35,188 nucleotides of DNA, taken from positions 1 to 35,188 of the forward strand of contig DASXYH010000234.1 of NCBI GenBank assembly GCA_036502545.1. The letters run 5' to 3'. A program made the translations under genes and the position numbers. The notes beneath the pieces are model-generated. The model saw nothing but the letters and a program-made list of their open reading frames with translations. It made no database searches and was not told the DNA's origin. Below are positions 16,635 to 24,823 of this stretch, piece after piece. The number at the start of each line of letters is the position of its first letter. Position 1 is the stretch's first letter. The stretch is from Spongiibacteraceae bacterium (GTDB lineage Bacteria; Pseudomonadota; Gammaproteobacteria; Pseudomonadales; CAMLJR01).

Positions 16635-18620
16635 TTATTCGCCCAGCGTAAACGCGACTATCGCATCGCCTGGCGCGGTGCCGAGCGGACCGTGACCGCC
16701 GGCTGCGATTACCACGAATTGCTTGCCGTCGTTTTTAACCTGATAGGTCATCGGCGTCGCGTTGCCGGCAAATGGCAATTCGTAATGCCATAACTCTTCG
16801 CCGTTATCGGCATCGAATGCGCGAAAATATTTATCCATCGTAGCCGCAATAAATACTAAACCGCCTGCCGTTTGCATCGAGCCGCCCGAATTCGGCGTGC
16901 CCCAGTTCAACATTTTGCCGATCACCGGCGGCGCTAAACCATTTAAATTGCCGAGTGGTTTTTCCCACAGACGCGCGCCGGTTTTAAGATCGATAGCAAT
17001 AATTTTGCCCCACGGCGGCGGCACGCACGGTGTTTTAAGCGGTGAGAGATAAACGCCGCGCTGCGCAATGTACGGAGTGCCCAATTGCGGATTGATGCCG
17101 ACCAGATCGCCGCCTTCGGAGGCGGCACCGTCTTTCGGACGCGGCGCCAATTTAATAATGAATGGCACCACCTGCATGTTGAGCACCATTCGATTCTTGA
17201 TCGGATCGATCGATACCGATGCCCAGTTCACACCGCCGCCCAACCCCGGATATTCCAGCGTACCCTTGAACGAAGGCGGCGTGAATAAACCGCGGTATTC
17301 GAGCGTATCGAATTGCTCCTGGCATTTGTGTTTATCCCACGGCGTCAATCCCCACAGGTCATCGCGCGCAATCGTTTGCGGATGCACGGGAGCAGGCATG
17401 GTAGGAATCGGTTGCGTCGGCGAATTGCGCTCGCCGGGCACATCGGATTTTGGCACCGGACGCTCTTCGACCGGAAATAACGGCGCGCCGGTTTCGCGAT
17501 TCAACAAAAAAATATTGCCAACTTTGGTGGCCTGCACGAGCGCCGGCGTATCACCGATTTGATAAGTGACCGGCTGTGCGGCGACATCGTAATCCCACAG
17601 ATCGTGATGCACGGTTTGAAAATGCCAGCGCACGGCGCCGGTATCGGCATCCAATGCGACCGTCGAACTGCCGTAATAATCCATGTCACCGCGCTCTTTG
17701 CCGCGATAATGATCGGGCGCGGGATTACCGGTCGGCAGAAACACAAGATTGCGGGCCGGATCGGCAGACATCAAACCCCACACATTCGGCGTGCCGTGCG
17801 TCAACGTGGCACCCTGTTTCAGCTGTTCCGCAGTCACTGCCGGCATGCCGGGTGGCACCGGATCGAACACCCATTTCAGTTCGCCAGTGCGCGCATCGTA
17901 GGCGCGCACCGCACCGCCGGGTGCATCGATGCGCTGACCGTCTTTAATAAACGCACCGGTCAATACGACATTGTTAATCACCAGCGGCGGCGATGTTGGA
18001 TAGTATTCGCCGAGTTCGACTTTACCGAGACCATCGAGCAGATTGACCGCGCCGCCTTTGCCGAAATCGGCACAGGCTTTACCGGTTTTTGCATCGATCG
18101 AAAGCAAACGCGCATCGACTGTATTAACGAAAATACGATCTTTACAAACCTGTCCGGCAGCGGCTTGCGCATCGCGCCCCATTTGATTGTCACGATAGCC
18201 CGCTTGATTGTCACGATAGTAAGTGACGCCGCGGCAGGTCGGAGTGTAAACACCATTCAAATTGGTTTTCGGATCGAACGTCCATTTTTCATGGCCGGTT
18301 TCAGCATCGAGTGCAATCACGCGATTGTACGGAGTGCAAAAATACATGGTGCCATCGATAACAATCGGCGTCACTTGAAACGCGGTGGCGCCGTGTTCTT
18401 TATCGCCGGTTGAAAAATCGCCGTGATGATAAGTCCACGCCACGTGCAATTGTTTGACGTTGTTTTTATTGATCGAGGTCAATGCGGAAAAACGCTGACC
18501 GCCAATCGAACCGCCCACATAAGGCCATTCGTTCGGACCTCCCAATGCGGCGGATTCGGCGCCGGCAAAATCCACGGCAAATAGCGACAACAGAAAACAA
18601 ACGACACGCGCCAATTTCAT
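16635..18620 (-). CDS. PQQ-dependent dehydrogenase (glucose/quinate/shikimate family), secreted form with signal peptide
   Basis: N-terminal MKLARVVCFLLSLFAVDFAGA signal, then WTYHHGD...FQVTPIVIDGTMYFCTPYNRVIALDAETGHEKW and repeated W-motif propeller blades. A ggtggag RBS precedes the start. Confidence 0.8.
   Translation of the reverse strand: MKLARVVCFLLSLFAVDFAGAESAALGGPNEWPYVGGSIGGQRFSALTSINKNNVKQLHVAWTYHHGDFSTGDKEHGATAFQVTPIVIDGTMYFCTPYNRVIALDAETGHEKWTFDPKTNLNGVYTPTCRGVTYYRDNQAGYRDNQMGRDAQAAAGQVCKDRIFVNTVDARLLSIDAKTGKACADFGKGGAVNLLDGLGKVELGEYYPTSPPLVINNVVLTGAFIKDGQRIDAPGGAVRAYDARTGELKWVFDPVPPGMPAVTAEQLKQGATLTHGTPNVWGLMSADPARNLVFLPTGNPAPDHYRGKERGDMDYYGSSTVALDADTGAVRWHFQTVHHDLWDYDVAAQPVTYQIGDTPALVQATKVGNIFLLNRETGAPLFPVEERPVPKSDVPGERNSPTQPIPTMPAPVHPQTIARDDLWGLTPWDKHKCQEQFDTLEYRGLFTPPSFKGTLEYPGLGGGVNWASVSIDPIKNRMVLNMQVVPFIIKLAPRPKDGAASEGGDLVGINPQLGTPYIAQRGVYLSPLKTPCVPPPWGKIIAIDLKTGARLWEKPLGNLNGLAPPVIGKMLNWGTPNSGGSMQTAGGLVFIAATMDKYFRAFDADNGEELWHYELPFAGNATPMTYQVKNDGKQFVVIAAGGHGPLGTAPGDAIVAFTLGE
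18183..18224. repeat. 21-bp in-frame tandem duplication inside the PQQ dehydrogenase gene
   Basis: The units ttgattgtcacgatagcccgc and ttgattgtcacgatagtaagt share their first 16 nt. They encode YRDNQAG followed by YRDNQMG. Confidence 0.8.
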
Positions 18621-19114
18621 CGGACCACTCCACCCGGAAAATCATTGAGAGACTGCACAGCATGCGATCGGGCACAGGACTTTTGGCAACATATAATTCT
18701 GCGCAATATATTCGCCGCGATAACGAAAGCGCCTGCAGATTTATTATTGATCCTGTTTCAAGAATCCATCGGCAATTTATACTTTATTGCCACGCGATCG
18801 CATTGCACTGATACGCGGTATTACACCGTATATCGAAAGGTAACGCCCCAGATTGGGCCGCCGGCTAGCCTACCCGATTTACATTTTGCAGGCAATGTTT
18901 TGAGCGGGAGCCACGACATTACGATTCCGCAATGTCGGCGTGTTAGCCGTCGCCTATACAGGCAAAATATTGCGCAGGAAAAAGCGCTTTTTTTGCGCGT
19001 TTAGCCCAATAAATACCACGCTCCCGATGAGCCGATATGCGGCAAAAAAACATTTTACTCATAATGTATTTGCGCTAATATCCGGGCCCAATCGAACGTC
19101 CGGAAATAAATTCT

Positions 19115-20230
19115 ATGAGCAGACTTCGAATTATTCATTGCGGTACCGGTATTGCCGGCAAGCAAGCGCTGCAGGCAATTCTGACGAATAAAGCATTGGA
19201 ATTGGTCGGCCTGCTGGTGCACAGCGCCGATAGCGTCGGTCGCAACGCAGCCGACCTCGCCGGTTTATCCGATGTGCAAACTTCTGTAACCGCGACCAAC
19301 GATTTTCAGCAGATCGTCAAACTGCAAGCCGATGCCGTGTGTTACATGCTGCTGCTGCCGGATATCGAACAAATTTCCGCGCTGCTCGCTTCGGGAAAAA
19401 ACGTCGTCACCACCGCGGGACAAATTTACCCGGCGTGGCATTCGCAGGAAAATGCGCAGCACCTGCAACATGCGTGCGAACAGGGCAACAGTTCGTTTTA
19501 TGTCAGTGGTATCAATCCGGGCTGGGTGGATGAAATTCTGCCGCTGACGATGTCGGCGCTGTGTCGTCGCATCGAACAAATTCATATTCGCGAATATGCC
19601 GATTGCTCGAAATATCCGGCGCCGCACATTTTAAATGTGATGGGTTTTGGTTTTTCGCAGGCCGATATTCAAGCCGGCAAATTGCTCGACCTCGGCGTGA
19701 TGCGCGAATTTTTTCAGCAATCGATTGCGGCACTGGCACACGGACTCGAATTACAACTCGATGAAATTACCGAATCGCGCGATTTTGTTTTCTCGAAACA
19801 CGCGTACGACATCAAGGCCGGACATATTCCGCAGAATACGATTGCCGGTCAGCGCTGGCGCTGGGTCGGCATCGCCGATGGCAAAGAGCGCATCGTGCAG
19901 GAAACATTCTGGATCACCGCGTTCGATCTGGAACCGGGCTGGCCGCGCAGCGGTGAAATCGATAACGACACGCAATGGCAAGTGACGATCGAAGGTTCGC
20001 CGTCGCTGCGCTGTACTTTCGAACCGCGCCTTACTTTTACGGAAAGAGCATTCACTGACAGAGCTCTCAGTTTTGTGCCCGATTACAACCCGTCGGGATT
20101 GGCCACTGCGATGGCGGCGGTAAATAGTTTGATTCCGCTGTGCGAAGCGCCTCTCGATATAAAGAAAACAAGAGGGGGCTTACTGACCAGCGGCGATCTC
20201 GCGCTGCCGCATTGCCGGCAATTGGCGTAA
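19115..20230 (+). CDS. DapB-like / NAD(P)H-dependent amine-dehydrogenase-family oxidoreductase, paralogue 3
   Basis: Begins MSRLRIIHCGTGIAGK and continues ...GKNVVTTAG...SGINPGWVDE... Its stop TAA (20228-20230) overlaps the next ATG (TAATG). Confidence 0.7.
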   Translation: MSRLRIIHCGTGIAGKQALQAILTNKALELVGLLVHSADSVGRNAADLAGLSDVQTSVTATNDFQQIVKLQADAVCYMLLLPDIEQISALLASGKNVVTTAGQIYPAWHSQENAQHLQHACEQGNSSFYVSGINPGWVDEILPLTMSALCRRIEQIHIREYADCSKYPAPHILNVMGFGFSQADIQAGKLLDLGVMREFFQQSIAALAHGLELQLDEITESRDFVFSKHAYDIKAGHIPQNTIAGQRWRWVGIADGKERIVQETFWITAFDLEPGWPRSGEIDNDTQWQVTIEGSPSLRCTFEPRLTFTERAFTDRALSFVPDYNPSGLATAMAAVNSLIPLCEAPLDIKKTRGGLLTSGDLALPHCRQLA

Positions 20231-20748
20231 TGAACAAACTCGCGCAATCACCCTATCCGGGCTGGGATAAATTTTTTCTCGTTTGTTTCGTGTTATTTAT
20301 TTTGGTGGCGTTCATTCACGAACCGCTGTTTTATATTTATTGCGGTTGGGATGGATTGCACAACAACACTTGCACCAACGCGACGATCGCCAATCTCTGG
20401 ATCGACTACGCAAGATACGATCCAGTGTATTTCGATATGCCGCTGTGGATGGCGCTGATGATCGGTTTCGATTCGTTTTTATTGAGTCCGTTCTACGTGT
20501 ATTCGGTATATGCACTGTGGGTCGGTAAGGCCGACACACCGCTATATCGCACCATCGCGTACGTTGTTTGCGGCGGCTTGATCTACGCGATGATTTTGTA
20601 CATCACCTGGGAAGTCATGACCGCGGAAAAATATCACGCGGCGTTAATGCCGGTGATCGGTTACAACATTCCGTGGGGCATCGTTCCACTCTTATTTGTT
20701 TTCAGATTGTATTTCGGCGCGAAAAAACTTGGAGAAAACTTGCGATGA
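20230..20748 (+). CDS. 4-TM membrane protein, EXPERA-like (EBP / TMEM97 fold), paralogue 2
   Basis: FIHEPLFYIYCGW, LWIDYARYDPVY, GFDSFLLSPFYVYSVYAL and YAMILYITWE, with four predicted TM helices. It is about one-third identical by eye to 11009-11518. The start overlaps the upstream stop and the stop overlaps the downstream start. Confidence 0.55.
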   Translation: MNKLAQSPYPGWDKFFLVCFVLFILVAFIHEPLFYIYCGWDGLHNNTCTNATIANLWIDYARYDPVYFDMPLWMALMIGFDSFLLSPFYVYSVYALWVGKADTPLYRTIAYVVCGGLIYAMILYITWEVMTAEKYHAALMPVIGYNIPWGIVPLLFVFRLYFGAKKLGENLR

Positions 20749-21821
20749 AAAAAATTCGAGTCATCCAATACGCCACCGGCGGTGTCGGCCAGCAATCGAT
20801 TAAAGCGTTTGTCGGTCATCCGCAACTCGAATTGGTCGGCCTCGTCGTGCATAGCAAAGACAAAGTCGGCAAAGACGCCGGTGAGCTCGCCGGTATCGCG
20901 CCGATCGGTATTAAAGCCACCGACGACGTTGCAGCGATGATCGCGATGCCAGCCGATTGCGTGTTGTTCGTCGCGCTGTGGCCCGATGTCGATTTGATCT
21001 GCCGCATTCTTGAATCCGGCAAAAATGTTGTCACCACTTCGGGACTTTTATATCCGAAATTTTTCGGCCCCGAACTCGTGAATAAACTCGAAGCCGCTTG
21101 CAAAAAAGGCGGCACATCGGTGCACGGCACCGGTATTAATCCCGGCTTCAGTGGCGAAGTACTGCCATTAACTATGTCGGTATTGAATCGTCGTATCGAG
21201 CACATCATGGTGCGCGAATTTGCCGATTACGCGACTTACAACTCGCCCGAACTGAATCACGCACTGCTCGGTTTCGGCCGCAAGCTCGACGATGTGCAAG
21301 CGAACAAACATCCGAATTTCGATTTGGCGATGCAGTTTTTCCATCAATCGATTGCAATGGTCGCGGACGGTCTCGGCGTCGCACTCGATCGCATCGAGCA
21401 AACTGTCGAGTACGGTATCACCAAAAGTGGCACCACGATCGCATCGGGCGCCATTCCGCCCGGCACGATCGGCGGCATCAAAGTTCTTTTTTCCGGTATT
21501 GTCGGCGGCAAACCGATGATCGAAATTCTGCTCACCTGGCTCGCGACTTACGACAACGGTCCGGGTTGGCCGACTCCGTCCGATAAAGGCGATCATACGC
21601 ACTGGAGCGTGACGATCGAAGGCGAACCTTCATTGCGTTGCAAATTCGAACAAGCCAGCTCGTTTAAAGAAAGTGCTCCGGCGCAAGCGCATACCGAACC
21701 GGCGATGATCTGCACGGCAATGCATGCGGTGAACGCGATTTCGTATGTGTGTGCCGCCGATCCGGGTATCAAAACTTTTATCGATCTGCCGCTGATGGCG
21801 GGACGCTTCACGATGCGCTAA
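20745..21821 (+). CDS. DapB-like / NAD(P)H-dependent amine-dehydrogenase-family oxidoreductase, paralogue 4
   Basis: Begins MKKIRVIQYATGGVGQ and continues ...GKNVVTTSG...KLEAACKKGGTSVHGTGINPGFSGE. Its ATG at 20745 overlaps the TGA of the EXPERA-like gene (ATGA). Confidence 0.7.
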   Translation: MKKIRVIQYATGGVGQQSIKAFVGHPQLELVGLVVHSKDKVGKDAGELAGIAPIGIKATDDVAAMIAMPADCVLFVALWPDVDLICRILESGKNVVTTSGLLYPKFFGPELVNKLEAACKKGGTSVHGTGINPGFSGEVLPLTMSVLNRRIEHIMVREFADYATYNSPELNHALLGFGRKLDDVQANKHPNFDLAMQFFHQSIAMVADGLGVALDRIEQTVEYGITKSGTTIASGAIPPGTIGGIKVLFSGIVGGKPMIEILLTWLATYDNGPGWPTPSDKGDHTHWSVTIEGEPSLRCKFEQASSFKESAPAQAHTEPAMICTAMHAVNAISYVCAADPGIKTFIDLPLMAGRFTMR

Positions 21822-21836
21822 TAATCTTTAGCCGAT

Positions 21837-21864
21837 AAATCCCCGCGTGCGCATGCGGGGATTT
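21837..21864. terminator. Bidirectional rho-independent terminator
   Basis: aaatccccgc-gtgcgcat-gcggggattt forms a 10-bp stem between the convergent gene ends at 21821 and 21863. Confidence 0.75.
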
Positions 21865-22507
21865 ATTTATCCAGATGTTCGTAACTTTTGTTTTTGGCGC
21901 CGATTAATTTTCGATAGCGTACCCATGTCACAACTCCAGAAGCAGCCACTGCGGCAAGCAATAAACCCACAAAAGTTTCTGCGCCCTTGCCGGGATCGCT
22001 GAAATGATTGATCGCCATTGCCGCCGCACCTGTGACCGCCGCCAGCGCCAGCAACAACGGCAGTGCATTGTTGCGCTGGTATTCGCTCTCGCGCGGCTGC
22101 AATAACAATTGAAAGTTGCGCTGCTGTTCGAGCTCGCCATCGCAACATTCGCACCCGGTGGAAAAACTGGCGATTTCCTCGACCGAGCGTATCGGAAAGC
22201 CAAAGGTGCCGGTTCCGAGTTTACCGATGTTGATGCCGATACCGATTTCGCACGCCACGAAATACTTAATTTCAAATTCGTATTTAACCGCCCGCGCGCA
22301 ATCGTCCTGCGCGCACGGCAATAATTTTGCGCGATGCACGAACGCATCGATTTTATCTTCGTAACTGATAATAAAACCGAACCGCGTGAAGCCGACCATT
22401 CTGTTGCCGACAATGGCGGGTTTATTGAGACAATCGTATTGAACGGTCGACTCGACCGTCACGCCAAATGTATTCTTCGGTTTATGCGTAAAATTTTTTA
22501 CGGCCAT
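21863..22507 (-). CDS. Hypothetical Cys-rich protein with C-terminal double-TM anchor (no family recognised)
   Basis: ATG at 22507 follows gggaga. There is a roughly 150-aa soluble N-terminal domain with several Cys (including CECC), then two hydrophobic helices (LPLLLALAAVTGAAAMAI and FVGLLLAAVAASGVVTWV). Confidence 0.5.
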   Translation of the reverse strand: MAVKNFTHKPKNTFGVTVESTVQYDCLNKPAIVGNRMVGFTRFGFIISYEDKIDAFVHRAKLLPCAQDDCARAVKYEFEIKYFVACEIGIGINIGKLGTGTFGFPIRSVEEIASFSTGCECCDGELEQQRNFQLLLQPRESEYQRNNALPLLLALAAVTGAAAMAINHFSDPGKGAETFVGLLLAAVAASGVVTWVRYRKLIGAKNKSYEHLDK

Positions 22508-22710
22508 AACGTCTCCCTGTGAATGGGCGCTCAGGCTTAGCTTTCTCGATCGCCCTGCGTGCACAATCGACCCTTGCGCATATAGTAGCCGTGATAACTT
22601 TGTCTCGGCAATTTCAACCGTTTATACTGCGCACTTTCCCTATGGGTGCGATCTAGCTTCGGATATGGCCGAAGCCGCTATCGCAGCCTCATCGTTAAAG
22701 GTAATGACTG

Positions 22711-23880
22711 ATGTTAAAGCGCGACTTTACCGAGGATCATCACGCATTTCGCGACGCCTACCGCAAATTTCTGCACAAGGAAGCCGTGCCGAATATGGAG
22801 CGCTGGCGCGAAGAAGGCATCGTCGATCGCAATCTGTTTCGCAAAGCCGGCGATCAAGGCTTCCTCATGTTATGGCCCGATGAAGAATACGGCGGCGCCG
22901 GCCTCAACGATTTTCGTTTCGAACAGATCATTATCGAAGAGACGTGCTACGCGCTGTGCTTCGAATGGTACAACTCGCTGCACAGTCGCCTGTGCGGCCC
23001 GTACATTTCGCGCTTCGGCAGCAAAGAACAATGCCAGCGTTTTCTGCCGAAATGCGTCAGCGGCGAACACATCCTCGCGATCGGCATGACCGAACCCGAC
23101 GCCGGTTCCGATCTCGCCGGCATTCGCACCACCGCGAAAGACATGGGCGATCATTGGCTGCTGAACGGTTCGAAAACGTACATTTCAAACGGCATCAACG
23201 CCGATATCGTCATCGTCGCGGCAAAAAGCGATGCGGAAAACGGCCGCGCGATCGGCCTGTTTTTAGTCGAACGCGGCATGCCCGGTTTCGAGCGCGGCCG
23301 CAATCTGAGCAAACTCGGACAACCGGCGCAAGACACTGCCGAATTATTTTTCAACAATGTCAAAGTGCCGAAAATAAATGTGCTCGGCGATGCCAAGCGC
23401 GGTTTTTATTACATGATGGAAGGCCTCGCCGAGGAGCGTTTGATCGGGGCGGTCGGCTACCTCGGCAGCGCGCAGAAGGCATTCGATATCACCGTCGATT
23501 TCGTCAAACAGCGCAAGGCGTTCGGCAAACGCATCGCCGATTTTCAAAATACGCAATTCAAAATGGCGGAAATGCGCACCGAGCTCGATCATGCGCAGGT
23601 GTATCTCGATCAGTGCGTCGCGGTACACAACCGCGGCGAATTGAGCGCGGTCGATGCAGCCAAAGTGAAATTGTTTTCGAGCGAAGTGCAATGCCGCGTC
23701 GTCGACGAATGTTTGCAATTGCACGGCGGCGCCGGCTATATGGACGAATATCCGATTTCGCGCATGTATCGCGACGCGCGTATTTCACGCATTTACGCCG
23801 GCTCCTCGGAAATCATGAAGCTGATTATCAGCCGCGATATTTTCGGCGAAGACCACGTGCCGTTTGTCGATCGGCAGTAA
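22711..23880 (+). CDS. Acyl-CoA dehydrogenase
   Basis: GMTEPDAGSDLAG, WLLNGSKTYISNG, and the C-terminal YAGSSEIMKLIISR block with the catalytic Glu context. Confidence 0.9.
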   Translation: MLKRDFTEDHHAFRDAYRKFLHKEAVPNMERWREEGIVDRNLFRKAGDQGFLMLWPDEEYGGAGLNDFRFEQIIIEETCYALCFEWYNSLHSRLCGPYISRFGSKEQCQRFLPKCVSGEHILAIGMTEPDAGSDLAGIRTTAKDMGDHWLLNGSKTYISNGINADIVIVAAKSDAENGRAIGLFLVERGMPGFERGRNLSKLGQPAQDTAELFFNNVKVPKINVLGDAKRGFYYMMEGLAEERLIGAVGYLGSAQKAFDITVDFVKQRKAFGKRIADFQNTQFKMAEMRTELDHAQVYLDQCVAVHNRGELSAVDAAKVKLFSSEVQCRVVDECLQLHGGAGYMDEYPISRMYRDARISRIYAGSSEIMKLIISRDIFGEDHVPFVDRQ

Positions 23881-23893
23881 TTTTTCAGAACGT

Positions 23894-23923
23894 AAAAGAG
23901 CCCGCGTGGAAGCGGGCTTTTTT
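23894..23923. terminator. Bidirectional rho-independent terminator
   Basis: aaaagagcccgc-gtggaa-gcgggctttttt lies between the convergent stops at 23880 and 23936. Confidence 0.8.
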
Positions 23924-23935
23924 ATTTGCGAATAT

Positions 23936-24823
23936 TTATTTGCTGTAGTTACCGAGTCCCGCGATCAATTCCGGCACATGCTCGACGCTCGCCACACTCC
24001 AGCCGACGCCGATACCGAAAACCGTCACGCCGATCGAATGATAATAGTCGGCCTTCGTGAATGTTTTATCGAGATCGAGTTTGCCGTTGGCGCCGAACGC
24101 GCCCTGTATTTGATGGCGCACTAGCAACGTGTTCGGATCGCGTCCGTATTTTTTCATTGTCGCGCGAATCAGATCGATGCCCTCTTTCAATTTATCGTCA
24201 GGCAAAAACAGCGGAATCCAGCCGATGCCCATTTCGGCGATGCGATCCGCCGTTTTCTGCGTAACCGGCCCCGCCCACCAGATCGGCATTTCTTTTTGCA
24301 CCGGCGGCGGCACCGCGATCACATCGCTGAAATTAAATGTCGGCGATGCGAACGAACAATATTTTCCACTCCACAATGCTTTGCACGCGCGCATCGTATC
24401 GTCGAGCCGCTGTCCGCGCCCTTCGAATGGAATACCGCACGCATCGAATTCCTGCTGCTGCCAACCGACGCCGATGCCGATATCGACGCGTCCTTTTGAC
24501 AGCGAATCGAGTGTGGCCAATTGTTTCGCCAATAACGCCGGCGGACGCAAAGCCGCAATCAGAATGCCGGTGGTCAAACGAATTTTATTTGTCACCGCCG
24601 CAACGGCGGCCAACGCCAGCATCGGCTCGGGCCACGGCTCATCGAGTGGCAATGGATATTTACCGTTCGGATAACCCTTGCCGTCGCCCATCAACAAATG
24701 CTCGGCAAAATCGAGCTGATAAATGCCGGCGGCATCCGCCATTTTCGCGACATCGATAATTTTCGAAAGATCATGGCCGTACAAACGGCCGTAATCGGAG
24801 GTAACCGTCAGACAGATTTTCAT
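23936..24823 (-). CDS. Luciferase-like monooxygenase (LLM) class flavin/F420-type oxidoreductase
   Basis: RLTTGILIAALRPP...GRVDIGIGVGWQQQEF...FEGRGQRLDD, the same family signature as 1486-2349. A ggagaaataaagc sequence precedes the ATG. Confidence 0.8.
   Translation of the reverse strand: MKICLTVTSDYGRLYGHDLSKIIDVAKMADAAGIYQLDFAEHLLMGDGKGYPNGKYPLPLDEPWPEPMLALAAVAAVTNKIRLTTGILIAALRPPALLAKQLATLDSLSKGRVDIGIGVGWQQQEFDACGIPFEGRGQRLDDTMRACKALWSGKYCSFASPTFNFSDVIAVPPPVQKEMPIWWAGPVTQKTADRIAEMGIGWIPLFLPDDKLKEGIDLIRATMKKYGRDPNTLLVRHQIQGAFGANGKLDLDKTFTKADYYHSIGVTVFGIGVGWSVASVEHVPELIAGLGNYSK

Noticed and set aside
17559-18413. 284-aa antisense ORF within the PQQ dehydrogenase gene
   Set aside because: Shadow ORF. 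The opposite strand has a signal peptide and PQQ propeller motifs.
18683-18701. tggcaacatataattctgc considered as a sigma-54 -24/-12 promoter for the triad
   Set aside because: The GG-to-GC spacing does not fit the TGGCAC-N5-TTGC geometry.
22944-23948. 334-aa ORF in an alternative + frame over the acyl-CoA dehydrogenase gene
   Set aside because: It is extremely Arg-rich (runs of RRR and RHR) with no start signal. The overlapping frame encodes a textbook ACAD.
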